A stretch of 64,000 bases of DNA from Eledone cirrhosa (Eukaryota), in the NCBI GenBank assembly GCA_964016885.1, contig OZ024740.1, positions 411,308,001 through 411,372,000 on the forward strand, in the 5' to 3' direction. Shown piece by piece: positions 41,524 through 56,044 of this stretch. How positions within the stretch are numbered: the first letter of the stretch is position 1; each line of letters opens with the position of its first letter. A program made the position numbers and the translations under genes. Below the pieces are notes generated by a model. That model made no database searches and was not told the origin of the DNA. It saw only the letters and a program-made list of their open reading frames with translations.

Positions 41524-42046
41524 ATAGAATAATGAGAAAACCTTCACGCAAGAATTGGTGTTAAACCAGCAAAAGGCTGTCAATAATGGCGCCGGGTAAA
41601 ATTTAATTCAGAGGACAGAAATCAGCTGCTAGAAGTTTGGTGACCCAGAGAAGTGATAGGAAGACCGGACGAAAGGAATTAAATGACGAAAACGAAAATG
41701 GAAGAGACAAGATCACACAAACATCATCTGACCTCATTCAGCTCTCATACCGGATGTAGTTTCACACAATTTAAATTCAGAGGACTTCATGAAATTGCCG
41801 TCTCGTGCAACAGAAAATAAATATTTCTGCTTGTATGATGTTTGCGTGATAAAACGAACAAATTAGATAGATAAACATTTTCTTCACTGTCTTTCTTTGC
41901 TCCTCCCTTCCTCTCACTCGTGCGGGCCAACACACATCTAGCCGCTGATTTCTGTCGTCTGACGTAAATTTTACCCGGCACCGTCATTGACGGAATTTTG
42001 CTGTTTTAACAGCTATTCTTGCCTGGAGTTTTTCTCATTGTTCTAT
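41524..42046. mobile_element. MITE-like element with ~110-bp imperfect terminal inverted repeats
   Basis: ATAGAATAATGAGAAAA...GGCGCCGGGTAAAATTTA...GACAGAAATCAGCTGCTAGA (41524-~41633) mirrors TCTAGCCGCTGATTTCTGTC...TAAATTTTACCCGGCACC...TTTCTCATTGTTCTAT (~41937-42046). Confidence 0.7.
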
Positions 42047-43401
42047 TAAAACATATTTACTAAAACACAATATACAATACACAACTAATTTAGAATTTTT
42101 CACTGATACATTGTTACATATTAAATATAAGCCAGAGTTGTTACAAAGCAAAAGATTTAACAAAATTGTGATAAAAGGTCCAGCCTTGATCACCCCCACC
42201 TGCCTTACATTCGTACATAGTGAAACCCGGAATCCATTATCATTTCAAGACCCCGATGTTTTTGAAAAAAGAAAAATTGGTTTCTATTTTTCTGAAATAA
42301 TGCTCTTACCATAATATCCTTTGTTAGTTTGATTTGAACAGATTTACTGATAGGGATTACATTATCAGTTCTTTTAGATTTTATATATAATTCATATTTA
42401 TATTTATCGTAGACGAACGTATTACTTGAAGCCGTTTGGTAATTAAGCATTAAGAAGCTGACAATTTCTTCTTCGACAAGTTAATATATATTTTAATTGC
42501 TTTTAATGTACTTGCACAAATACTACATCTGCTGAGGGGAACATTGCTGTCAGCCTTGATCATACGATTAAAATGTATCTGTGCCAATCCGATATAACTC
42601 CAATCTCATCATACATATACCTTCACCTGCTCAGACGATATACATAATAGATGAAAGTATTCATTTCGGAGTAGGAAGTGAATTGGCTTAATCGGTAGAA
42701 TGCTTTGTAGTATTAGTTCCACCACTTTGCACTCTGAATTCAATAACCTCCGAAGTCAACTTTGCATATTATGCTTTCGAGGTCGATACATATTACCAAT
42801 TTAGTATTAGGGTAAATGTTTCCTTTATATCACTTTCTCTGTTCCTCTCGCTCAACTTCATTTGAAATATGGGCTGTGTTCAGACTTTGTATGGTGTGAA
42901 GTCCTCTGTGTTTACACTACCATGTTACGTCATTACAACGCACCTACGGGTCCATACATTCTTTTTAGAACGAGAAGTACGATCAATAAAGTAAGGTGCC
43001 TAAATTACCAAATAGACAAAATATATATATAGGAAATGATAATGGGATCAATATTTTTCTATATATAGTTCCTTTAGTATTGGAATTTGGTACATTTACA
43101 TGTTACATTTAGGCAATATTATATATCGCGAAACAATTATATATAGCGAACATTTTATTCCATTCATAGAGACCCGTAGCTACGCTGGAATTTTGAATTA
43201 AGCAGTCAATATCAATAACGAATGGTCTGAATCTATAAATAGTATCGAAATCACTCATTCACTGCATGTTTAGTTATTTATTATACAAATTTGTAAAATA
43301 AGCTCGAACTCACACAAACCCACGTGTATGTATATGAATATATGTGCATAGGTACATATATTTACACATACACGCACATATATATATACATATATATACG
43401 C

Positions 43402-43454
<53 letters not shown>

Positions 43455-46055
43455 TATGAGTGTATGTGTGTGTGCGTGAGCAACGTACGTTTATTTAAAA
43501 ATTTGGAAAATATATTATTATTTCTAAACAATTGTGGAATAACACTCTGTAAAATTAGGTGAGGGATATTACTACAAGTATTTTGAACTCCTTTTTAGTT
43601 ATCCTTTACACGTCTAATACAATTCAAAGTGTCTTAAACGTGACTTTGTTTCGTTCTTTGATCATGAATTCTGTCCAGAACTATATTTATAGACAACATT
43701 ACAAGAATTCTGTCTAAAAACTTACAATCATTTATTTTCAATTTTCTTAGAGTTTGACAGCTATTGTGATTTATGGATATATAAGCCTCAGTTGGACCTA
43801 TATTAATACTTTCTGTACAAGATGATTCATTATAACATAGCGTCCAGGAATTTAAAAGGCTAGAGAGAGACATATTCTCACGAAAGATAATTTCACAACT
43901 TCTGTAAAGTTGATGGACACTCAATGATCGCTATTTCTTAATGTTGGTTCTGGCAGTTTGCAGTCTTCACAATCAAGACACGATATCCAATTATTCTTTT
44001 TAATTAATGTTTTAGATGTTTGTGGACACCGTTTACGTGAACTATCATTTTATGCCGAAAACATCAGCATCAAATCAGTTGCATTGACAATAGGTTCATA
44101 TGATGCAGTGTTGAGTTCAAGTCTTCATCTATTATCGCTAGAGAATGATATGTATTTCGCATTCAATTAACGCTATTTCGGACAAACCTTGTTTTCTCAA
44201 TATGAAATATACATTTTTCTCAACCTAAAATTCGCAATACTCCAGATCTTATTATAATTAAGGAATGGAAGCCCTTTATTAATAACTATCATTAAGTAAT
44301 CTAAATTGAAAACTGTCTATATTTTATATTTAAATCTGTTTATTCCAAATATACAAAAGTAGGCTTTTTGAGTAACTCATCGATGTTGATGTCAGCATTA
44401 TTGCTGTATAGTGTTAGATAAAGTCCAAAAGAACCGATATACTATACATATTATTCAAAGGCATTTTAGCCGAGACCATCTTTAATTATCAAGGACTATT
44501 ATACCGATGCTTCCTCCATAAATTTAACACGTTAGTGAATAATTTGCGGGTAATATGGCTGCTATCTATATCAGATTGAGAGACCGAGAATGGCACTTCG
44601 TTGTCTCGGTTATAAAGTATCTCCTTCATGATGTAGGTAATTTCGATAATTAATATTTCACATTCGCAACATCTGGGTATTTTATATTGCGAATCTTTAT
44701 GTGTGGCATAATTTCAGATTTGATTCCATGAGTACAGGGATATATATTCAACACTATTGTGCATAAAGCTGAGGTTTTGCGCCTGTGTAGGAAATACATT
44801 TCTTTCGCGTATGTAAGAAGCAAAAAGAAACACACATTATTCCATTTTGTCTAACCTATGTTCATTGATATATTAAACGAATAACATTGCCCATATGATA
44901 AGCCTATTATTTAAGGACACGATTGTCTTTGTATTAATCGTCATATAAATTCGCTGTCTTTGTTAACATCTTATTTCAGGCGCAATAATCACCACAGAGG
45001 GAATGCATCGACCGTTACTACACCACGGACATTGCAGTAACGAATTAAACGAACACCAATAATATGGGATAGGGGAAGGGCCTTATTTGAGCTAGATCTC
45101 AGCGGTTTATAGTGACAGAGTAACAATATTATCTCTCATTCCGGTTGAATTTATGCTCCGTTTTATCTGTCAACAATTCGATATATATATAAAGCGAGAG
45201 TCGTTTCGATTCTCCAGTAGGCCCTCGAGAGTAAGATTTGTCATATATTTACGACACGTCTGTTTATAATTCTTTGAAGCAGAAGTGTTGAGATACTATT
45301 CATATTTCTTAAGAAATGATCACAGTGGTTGTGTCTCTTTGTCGCAATGTATTATTGACTAAAGAGAAAGACGATAATTTTAAAGGAAATTGTTGAAATA
45401 CACACACAAACAGACACACAAACACACACACACAAGAAAACAACACACTGTAAAACACGAAACAAAATAAAAAGATAATATCTAGAAAATTGAAGCTATG
45501 ATACAATAAATACAAGAAGAAAAAACGTTATATCAAAATACATGGCAAAAAATGATCTCACAAATCAACAAAAGAAAAACAGGGAAATCTAAACAAAGTA
45601 AAATGAAACAAGAAAATATAAAGAATATTATCAATAAAATCTTATAGACATTTTTTGTAAATGTTATTGAGATGGAAAAGACAGAAATATGAACATATGA
45701 CATGTCTGACGTATTTTCTATACCTGACATTGAGTGACTTTGGCAACAAGGGAGATAATTGTAATATAATTGATAAATGATGGAGATTCTCTTTTTGTTC
45801 ATTTATTGATGTTTGTGTGTAACTTGAAGTATGGGGAATAATAAAACATAAGCAGGAGATATAACGAAAGTAAAAATGGTTTGTAAAACTAGCAAATAAG
45901 ATAAACAGATTTGATCACGGTAATATTAAGAAAAAAAGAAAAAAAAAGTGAAAAACTAAGAAGAGACAAAATAATCATAGAAATGTTACTGCAACCAATT
46001 GCAACAATGTTCGGCTCTAATGTGCACTAAACATTGTTATACTTTTCCTATGTCA

Positions 46056-46126
46056 AATGATGTTGATGATGATGATGATGTTGATGTTGATGATGTTGAT
46101 GAGGATGATGATGATGATGATGATGT

Positions 46127-46163
<37 letters not shown>

Positions 46164-46204
46164 AACGGTTATGATGATCATGATGATGATGATGGTTATG
46201 ATGA
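46056..46204. repeat. (GAT)n trinucleotide repeat
   Basis: Directly visible. A similar (CAT)n tract lies at ~19585-19685 and (TAG)n at 61221-61275. Confidence 0.95.
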
Positions 46205-47454
46205 GGGGAAGGCGACACCGATGATAATGATAACGGGGATATGGGGATAGCTATGATAGGGATGATTAAGCCGATAATAAGGTTAATGGTGTTGAATATG
46301 ATAAAATGAGGATGAAAATGATAATAATAACTGGTTCTACTTACATGCATATCACCAGCTGTTGTCAAAAGCAAAGATTGCTTTTGACAACAGCTGGTGA
46401 TATGCATGTAAGTAAATGTTCTCTTTATCTGATATTTTGTAACTAACCTTACATAGATCGATATCAAAGTATAGTTATGATGTATTATCATCACCTGGAA
46501 ACGATCGTAAAGCAGTGAAGTATATTTCTAATGACCTGATTTGTAGTTCATTGTTTTAACTTATATATATATATATATTACAGGGAACTGTGTATATGTT
46601 TCTCTACAGTTATGTGTATTTAGTTGTGTTTTATTTGTGTAGGTACAGACGCATGTTACATATGTATGTAAGAATGATATGATGTACATAGGATTGTATG
46701 CATTCAAGTGCTTGTATGTGTATATGTATATATATATATATATATGTATGCTTATGAGTTTTAATTAATTACTGATTCATGTCTTCATTCTATGTGTATT
46801 ATGTGAGTATGACTGCATAAATACATACATGTACATATAGTAATGTATGCAAATTAAATACATGTATACAATCACGTGTGTGATTATATATCTATAAAAA
46901 CTATGACCATCATATTTTCATTTACTTAAATATTCTTTTAGGTGACAGCCATTGGATCTTTACAATTATACGGGTAATGAATTAAATAAATATTTCAATA
47001 GTTTATGGCACTTTATATCTTATAATACTTCCTTATTTTATTGGTTGATATTAGTACGAAATGAGACATCTTTAAAGTTTGCTGAGCCTGTGAGAATTTT
47101 AAGCGAAATCATTAGGTATAGAAGATGAAACATATATCAACGGTTGACTTTTACTCAGTTCAAATTTCAAGAATCCGGAAAGGACGTGTTATGGGAGAAA
47201 TCGTTTACAAAAACGGGTTCTAATTAGAATTGATTGCGAGGGAACATCTGAGCCAAGTTTATTTTGTTGTTGATAACATTAGTGTTTGTGGAGATTCCAA
47301 TCGCAGACTAGGCCTTGGCCGATCTCTATAATCTTTGATTAAATATACTTATAAATGTAGACATTACTGACATTGTCAGCATCGACACATTAAAGTAATG
47401 CGAGCATGGTGTCTGATACTTTTGTGAAGATAATCATAGTTGATCACTATAAAT

Positions 47455-47578
47455 AATTGTTTCAAATTTTGACACAAGGTCAGCAATTATCCAAGTGTAT
47501 TACTTGTACTTTATTTTATCGATTATCGACCCCGTAAGGATGAAAGCCAAAGTTAACCTTAGCGGGATTTGAACTCAG
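47455..47578 (-). mobile_element. SINE family A, truncated, with probable TSD
   Basis: Flanked by the direct repeat GATCACTATAAATAAT at ~47442 and ~47578. Confidence 0.75.
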
Positions 47579-47799
47579 ATCACTATAAATAATAATTGAA
47601 GAAAAAGATTTCACACTGATGGAAGTATTTCCGTAAATGTCTTAATCATAAAGCAAATGCTTTTTAATTACATACTGAGACGGGTATTCTATAACACACA
47701 CACACACACTGACATATACATACATACACAAACGCACACACACACATATATATGTATATATATATGTGTGTAGTGTGCGTGTGTGGTAAAAAATGGGAG

Positions 47800-48460
47800 G
47801 TTATATCGGTAGTAAGTAGATCACTCAGTCTAGAGGACGAGTTTTGTATAGAGTTAGTTCCACAACAAATTGGGGAGGAGATCTTGGGGTTGGTGGTGAT
47901 ATCGGCTTTTATATTTTAGTACAGGAATATGCGAATTTCACCCTGGGTCTATTGAAGATAGGTCTGGATTTATGTCCTATGGGGAAGTGTTTGTCTAGGA
48001 TAGCCAGGAATTTTCTTTACTACGATAGCGGAATGGGTGGACAGAACCAAATTATATTTTTATTTCTATTCCTCTTTCTACATGTATGTTTTATCGGAGA
48101 AGACTCTGTTGTAGAAGTAGATGATGTTTTGTCCAGGCTACACCATGACTGAAGGAGATGGTTTTCTGCAGTTAGTAAATATCTCTCTATGTAAGTCATG
48201 GGCGATGGTATATGTATTGGCGAACTCCAACGCTTTATTCAAAAGGATCACCGTTACCGACGGGTAGAAGGTCTAACTGGGTAAATTTAACCTTTTTGGT
48301 GTTGAAGGAGTTGAACCACTTAACAACACAGTCCCTGTTTTCCCACAGTTGAAGATTTGGTATAAAATCTTCACGGATACAGAAAAATGTGAACAGAGAC
48401 GACTGCGAGGAATTGAAACACGTATAACTCAGATGCGTCACTTGCGTATTCATTATTACG
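47800..48460 (-). mobile_element. Possible highly decayed Penelope-like RT/thumb fragment
   Basis: Only weak motif echoes (FCIREDF, KFTQLDL, RWSSPIH) in the expected order. Confidence 0.3.
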
Positions 48461-48856
48461 CCAAGCAGTTTCTAGCCATACATTTCTCAGCTAGTTGTGT
48501 GAACCTACAGTTGTCTTAACAAGCATTGGGAGTGTTCGAAATTTGAAATATAGTGGTCCCAACACAAATTACTCTAGTACTAATAGGGAAATCTTGATAA
48601 AGTGGTGTTAGTATGACTACATTCCAAATTTTAGATTTTCACAATTTTCTGAAATCAAACGAATGTGAACATTTATAAATATTAGCTTAAAGCCCAAATC
48701 ATTGCTCTCATCTGACAACCTAAAGATCTGGAGTTTCTGCATTAGCCTCCCTGTCTTTTATCTCGCTGCATATGTATTTTACTCGATTTTGTTAACCAAA
48801 ATTTATAGTGTTCGACTAATAAGATTTTATATTTTTCCAATGTTTCTTACGACGAT

Positions 48857-48909
<53 letters not shown>

Positions 48910-49288
48910 GTATATATGATAGCTCCAGCAATTTATTTGCAATGGAAATTAATCTGCAAGGTTTCTTTGGGTTGTAGTTATTCATATTATTGCATATCTA
49001 CATTAAAGTGAAAATAGTATCATTCGCTTATCTGCTTCTGAGAGCTCATGTTCCGTTGATCAAATAGTTGCACAGCAACACATATATAAGCATATGTGTG
49101 TCTAAATTGGTCCGTATGTATTCCTATCTTTATCTACATACAGAATATGTCAAAGAGAAGGAACGGAAGAAGCTCCATCAAAGCACAAATACTTAAATAA
49201 ACATGTTTGACGAATAATAAAATTTATCCTAATTTGATATGTTTTTGTATTCATTATATAATTTAATTTTTTTTTGTTGCAGCAAACA

Positions 49289-49390
49289 ATGGACTGTCGA
49301 TTAATTGCATTAGTTAGTGTTTGTCTCTTTTTGCTGACGTCACCAGCCCTATCAGCCCCTGCAGCTGATGCCAGAAGCCATCTTGAACAG
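49289..49390 (+). CDS. First coding exon (34 codons) of a secreted protein or neuropeptide-like precursor; exon spans 49283-49390
   Basis: Acceptor T9-GTTGCAG| at 49282, start context AAACAATGG, donor CAG|GTAAGT at 49390 (phase 0). Peptide MDCRLIALVSVCLFLLTSPALS-APAADARSHLEQ has a basic n-region, hydrophobic core and A-x-S cleavage site. The family is not recognised. Confidence 0.82.
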
Positions 49391-49954
49391 GTAAGTTATT
49401 TGTTGTTTCATTGTTTACGTTGTATCAGTCTCTTGTGTAGAAATACAATGTTATTATTATTGTATATTTCTGATAAAGAGGATTTTAACTTACGTAAAGC
49501 AGAGTATAAGATGTAAGCTTTCATGGAATTTAGTTTTGACATACTAGTGTTTACGGTTCACATCAATGAAATAAGAATTGGTGTCCATGTTATTCCCAAT
49601 ACTGATACCTAAACGATTAAATTTCTTGAATTTATGATAAATTATTTAGTTAATGTGGCATAAGTTATTTTATGTTATTAATAGCTTTTTTTATCACAGA
49701 ATATTGTTGTCTTTTGCCATATGTCTGACAAAATATTTAGGGAATTCCTTCAATGTAATGTTTGTATATCCATGCATGAATAAAAATAATGAGAATGTTT
49801 CATATACACAAGATAGTAATGAATTTTCTCCCGGCTGGAAGACATCGTAACCAAAATATTTCACACGGTTTAAGGAGATTCCATGGAGAAAATAAAATTC
49901 GATAGATTTGACTATTTATAAATAAAAGAAATTATGCTACATAATAGGACCAAC

Positions 49955-50590
49955 TTGGACTTAGCCTAGTAGACGTCTCTCCTCCTTCTCCCCCTGCTGA
50001 TGTCAAGTACCCCCTTAGTATTTGGGATGCCATCCATTGCAGCTTGGCGTCAGACAGACTCACGCGCCAGCTTGACCAGTACCGCCTTCCCTATTTTCGC
50101 GCGGCTTCCAAAACCCTCAGTGGTGTCTGGCTCCATGCCTTCTCTCCTTCTCCACTGGCACATAGCTGGACAACGATAGCCTGCGCATTGGCGTTTCTCT
50201 GAGGCTTGGCCTCCGGATCTGCGAGCCACACAAATGTCGCTGCGGATCACCGCGGACTCTTTCGGCCTCTACCCGCTTTCCTGTCGCTACAGTGCCGGCT
50301 GCCTTCCATGTCATGCTGTCCTCAACGAGGTCATAAAGCATGGCTTGGATACTGTAGGCTTCCCCTCCAGCTCGAGCCGGTGGGGCTGGACTGAGGTGAG
50401 GGCAAAAGGCCAGAGGGTATGACCATCTTCCCGTTCTGCGACGGCAAAGCCCTCGTCTGGGACGCTACTTTTAGCGACTACATAGGCACTGAGCTGGCCA
50501 GCCGCAGGCGTGAGCCGGAAATGGCTTTTCCAGTGCATCTCGCTTACTATCCTCCGGGTAAACGCTTTCTCCATTCTGTCCGCCGGGCTG
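49955..50590 (+). mobile_element. CRE-like non-LTR retrotransposon 3' fragment (decayed copy)
   Basis: Colinear with 56625-57445, with indels and an internal deletion. Confidence 0.8.
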
Positions 50591-50892
50591 TAGGGCGGCC
50601 AATACGTGGGACCTCATTTACTCACTATACAGCTAGATTTGGAGGGCGAGAGAGATAGGGACGATGACGGTGGGAGTTCGGATCTTCCGTGTTCGGACAC
50701 ATTGCTACTGTCAAGAGTGTATTTTCATTAATTTTCTTTAGACATTAAAAAAAATTATACATGACAAAAATGAGAATGTAAAGAGTATGTAATGAACCTT
50801 TGTGCTGCAACTGAAAATAAGACGTAGAGAATTTAGAAACGTCAATAAAAGCAATTTACATATGTTAAGCTCTAAAGAGAGAGTCACATCGA

Positions 50893-50981
<89 letters not shown>

Positions 50982-51014
50982 TATATATATAGAGAGAGAG
51001 GGATAGATAAATAG

Positions 51015-51068
<54 letters not shown>

Positions 51069-51460
51069 GGGAGAGAGAGTGTGTGTGTGAAGAGAAGCAG
51101 ACGAACGTGGGTGGTGTGAGATAAAACATCAATTTTTAAAAAAGATTCCCGCGTGGCTAAAGTAATACAAATGAATACAAAATTAGATATGGTTGCATAC
51201 ATGAAAACGAACGAAACGGTCAGTCCCATCACATCACTCAGTCGCTGAGGTATGTTGTTTCAGTGATTTAAGATCCATGCAACTGGCTCTAGTGCATAAG
51301 GGAGAATATCAAAGTAACAAATGACAAGAATAGAGATTTCGACTATTTACATATAAGAGAAATTATACTTCATAGCCATTTGCTGCAACTGAATAGAGAT
51401 ATCAACGAGGTACAACATACTTATTAACCAAATATATATATATTTTCATATATATACACT

Positions 51461-51491
<31 letters not shown>

Positions 51492-51536
51492 TTCGTTTCT
51501 GAATTTGTTTAGCAACATGACCCTCCCAAAGTATAA

Positions 51537-51613
<77 letters not shown>

Positions 51614-51842
51614 TAAACGGAATAGAGAATGCTGACAAATTGTTCACAGTTGAAAAATGGTTTAATTAGGAATAAAAGAGTATTAGTGATTGTATGGGTT
51701 AGTATTCAGTTGTGGTTTTAAGTTTTAAAGTTTTTACCGGTTGCGCATTTCTAAATGCTTTTCAAAAATAATTTTGAGATAGAGTGTCCGTGTTGTTTGC
51801 TCTGTGTGTTACATCTCTATTCTTTTAACTATATATATATAT

Positions 51843-51876
<34 letters not shown>

Positions 51877-52245
51877 GTTTATGTGTGTGTGTGTATATAT
51901 ATATACATACATATGTATGTATTTATATATATATTTATATATATAAAGTAATAGTGAAACAAATCTATCGAATATGACCGATACATCTTCGATCTTCCCA
52001 CTTACTCAATAAAATATTTAATCTGTAGCGTTCCTAGAGACTAACTCACTAAAAGTCCGTAACAAATTCAAATGTGTTGATAATACAATAGAATTAATAA
52101 GAACATTTTAATCCACAACAAGACATGTAATAAACAGTCCATAAATAAAATTCCTAACACCGTAGTGTTATTATTTCACGGAGCACATATATAAAAATAA
52201 ACGTAAGTTTTGATAAGGATTATTATTAAAATATTTAATACACTT

Positions 52246-52412
52246 GCCAACGTTTCGCTAGGCTAACAAGAATGAGTCATTTAAATAACAATGCTTCATG
52301 AGCCACTATATATAAGGTAAATTATATATAATTTACCTTTCTCGTTTTACTATATATCAGTGAGAGAAGAGGCGAAGTGGTATATACTAAAACTGGGAAG
52401 GTAAATTATAGA
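52246..52412 (-). other. Degenerate hammerhead-like motif with adjacent hairpins
   Basis: Reverse complement reads CTCATGA-AGC...GC-GAAA-CG-TTGG (core G5 to C). Adjacent perfect palindrome AAGGTAAATTATA/TATAATTTACCTT and a longer imperfect inverted repeat. Confidence 0.4.
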
Positions 52413-52522
52413 TAGTTAATTGGATCTGTTGAGCTAATTTAATGAGTCTCCATTCCTGTTAGTCAACTACAACGTCCGTATGTTTATTAAATGTTTCATA
52501 ATAATCTTTGGCTAATATTTTG

Positions 52523-52572
<50 letters not shown>

Positions 52573-52668
52573 TACTACTATATAGTACCAAAGGGGGCTC
52601 GATAAGCATAAATATATAAGAACCCTAGAGCAAATATTTGTTAAAATAACAAATTAAAGTTTAATCTG

Positions 52669-52732
<64 letters not shown>

Positions 52733-52737
<5 letters not shown>

Positions 52738-52936
52738 AAAAGAGTCAGGACACGAACGGCTGAGCTCCAGCCGTTTCGACAGCTAGATCTGAACGCGTTC
52801 ATATCTAGCTGTCGAAACGGCCGGAGCTCAGCCGTCGGGGTCATGATTTTTTTCCTATTACCCACTCTACTACCCTGCGTATTGAGTACTCTGGTGCGTT
52901 AAGGTCCACCTGGTTCCTTACCTTATTTCCTTCGTT
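52733..52936 (+). repeat. Fold-back repeat (~125-bp palindrome plus tail) derived from a hammerhead unit
   Basis: Arms 52733-52793 and 52798-52858 are centred on GAA-CGCG-TTC. Each arm carries GTC-GAAA-CGGC..GCCG-T. (TA)n on both sides. Confidence 0.8.
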
Positions 52937-54263
52937 ATATATATATATTCGTTTATGTATTTGTTTCGCAGGATTCTTGATGCGAAAGCGTGTGTTGAAA
53001 GATACATTGTCATAATTGGGGATAGTTGCCAATTTTGCCATTAAAAATTCACGCACTATATAGTTATCATTATCACCAAGAAGCTCTTTACTGAAACAAT
53101 GTTAGAATGAATTCGTTTGAAAAATGTGTTGAAATTCTTTTGTTTACTTTATTGATGTTGCTTCCGGATAATGAATTCATAAAAGATCTGATGTTGACAT
53201 TATTGCTGAATATCAGGTTATCTTGTCAAGCCAATGACATTAACAGTGATCCACTTCGTACAAAATATTTGCTCTTATTTGAGAAATCCTCGTTTTCTTT
53301 CTCATCCCATCTGTCTCTGTTATCACCAGCAACAAATTCATTCAGTTAACACTTACCATCAAATAAAACGCTATGTATTATCGCCGGCCACTGATGTTGT
53401 TTTCTGTATCATCTCTCTATCTTGCAATTTTAAATATAATATATATTCAATCATGCATTGGGTTTGTTTTCCAATGCATTCGCTTGGTGTTTAGGTTTCA
53501 AGCACCTTCGAGCACCCTTCTTACAGCGGAAAGTCTGAGGAAATCTTCATGATACTTCCGCACAGCAGGAATGAAATTCGAGAAAAAATGTGATTAAAGA
53601 TATGTTTAAACTCAATTTCTTACAATAATGATAATAATATACTTTTGAATTATGTCTTTCAAAACTCGTGGTTAAGCAGGCATCTGTACAACCACCATCA
53701 TTGAAATGTGAGTAACAGAACACATAAAATAATTCCTTATTTAATTCATGATTATTGTAGTTAGCACCAGTACAATCCAGTTTCATTCACATGATTAACT
53801 TGGTAAATTTCAAGCCATTCTTATTTAACTTTAACCTGACTTTTAATTGATTCACCTAGCATAATTTAATCACTTTCCCCTAGTGATTGCAGAATCGCCA
53901 TACAGAACCATCACTAGTGTGGCATTCCTTGATGATCATCTGCCAAACTAGCTTGGTAGGCTGCAGTATTAAGTGCTATTCCAATATCCATAGTTACTAA
54001 AATATCATAAATTAAACGAACTATCTCTTCACTACCTCCTAAGAATATAGGCTTCTTTGATCCAAAAGATGATATTAACAATTGGGATCAATATTTTATT
54101 TCAAATAATATGCAACAGGTTTGTGCTTAGACTAGCATTTGTCAAACAATTGTTAAATTATAATATCATATACCTCAAACATTTTCAACACAGAAGAGAT
54201 ACTCTTTAATTTTCTAATGATAGCAAAACGAAATCCCTTAATCATTCGACTATACATGTGCAG

Positions 54264-54336
<73 letters not shown>

Positions 54337-56044
54337 CCCATATATATAGATGTACGAATCTGTGTTGCAGAAAAATTATGAAAGCGTTTACATAGCTACT
54401 TATGTGCGTAAGTTGGAGTGTAATTGTGCGCTTGTATGCGTGTCTATGTATGTGTGTATTGTTTGTGTGTTTCTCCGTTTTTGTCTACGTCATGGGTTTG
54501 AGTGTAGCTGTTTTAATGTTTATATTTTCCAATAATGAAAATGTATTTGAATCTGTTGGGAACTGAAAATCTAAGATAATTTATTAAATATCAAACGAAA
54601 CAATGGAGCTAAATATAATAAATATTAATAGGAGGAAAAAGACAAAAATAGTAAATCATTCATTTTATATGGATATGATATTCGAATATTGTTGAGTTAT
54701 CGTTGGTTAGTTGTTTAGCTGTACATATTTTTAGTAGTATATTTCATCAGCTTCAAACACTGACAGTAATTTTAAAGATTTATTATGTAGAATTGATAAT
54801 CATAAGTGTTTGAGATGGCAATTGATAGCGCCAACTGGAAAAAAAGATAAAAGATTAATGTTGAAATATTAATGCAATCATTTGAAGTAGATATTTTGCA
54901 TTTTTTAACATGGTTAATTTGTTTTATGTTGTGTATCCTTTTGATGTCGTTCGTCTCGTGTTTGTTGTGTTTAAGGCTATTGCAGATATTACTGATGTTA
55001 ATATTTGTTGTTGTCTTTTGTTGGTATTGATAGTTCTTCATTAATCCAGACGGGATATGTTTATGATCGTAAAGCACTCTGGCTTTGACCAAACGTAAAT
55101 TAGATCTTCTATGACTAAATTATCAAATATGTCCTACTGTATATTCGCATGGTAGAAGGTACTTTGAAGGACATTTCTAACATGTCGAGCAATCGCGTAT
55201 AATTTAACATTAACAGATTGAAAGATAAATGAAAACACAATATTTATCGCATTATTGCTTCAAAATCTGTCAATTAGAGACGGCTGGCCGCGTTAATATT
55301 AGGATTTATAAATGTTATCCTTTATTCTTTCTCCATTAAAACCTGCTAGCTTCAATAAATAATAAAATGGAATTGGGTAATGCAAATGTTTTAGGGTCCT
55401 TGGGGGACGACATAGCTAATTCGTTAGCCCGGTAGGTGGCCAGGGAGAGGCAATAATAGAACCAATCAATATCGCCTGGCTAATTTTGGTAGATTAATAT
55501 TTCCATCTCGATTGAAGTATGGAAGCAGTTTGTGGTCCCAGCACGCCAGATGTTTCTACCTTTAGGAATTCGACAAGACACCTATCCGAAAATATTAGGT
55601 ACTAAATAAACATCTAACACCAAAATATTTTCACCATCCGGGAAGAGTAATGAGCTACTGTTCTAGCGAGTTCTTAATGTTTTAGAGAAATATTTACTCT
55701 GAGAAATTATTCTATTTACTCTAGCTTGAGAACCTTATTACTGCTTTTACACAGTTACAAGATATGTCAAAACAATTTTGTTTGAATAGTTTCTCGGGTT
55801 ATCATTACATCAGTGAAGATCAAATTACATGATTAGAAAGACCATTAATATACATTAATTATATAATACTTTTCAATGGTCTGACCACAGCTCTTTTATT
55901 ATCATTCCGGTGCTTTTTGATTTCAGAATCCCTGTAAACTTAAGTATATCTAACAATCTCATGTGATTTAGAATTCTTAGATGTTGCTACGTTACCCAAT
56001 TTCATGTTAGTTAGCAACTATTTTCCTTATCAGTGAAAATATAC

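Noticed and set aside
42100-43930. Faint Penelope-like RT/endonuclease word matches (MIKADSN, NIGPTE)
   Set aside because: Too degenerate to support a call without a profile search.
45999-46494. Poly-Asp and poly-His ORFs
   Set aside because: They come from a (GAT)n microsatellite with no splice signals or flanking coding character.
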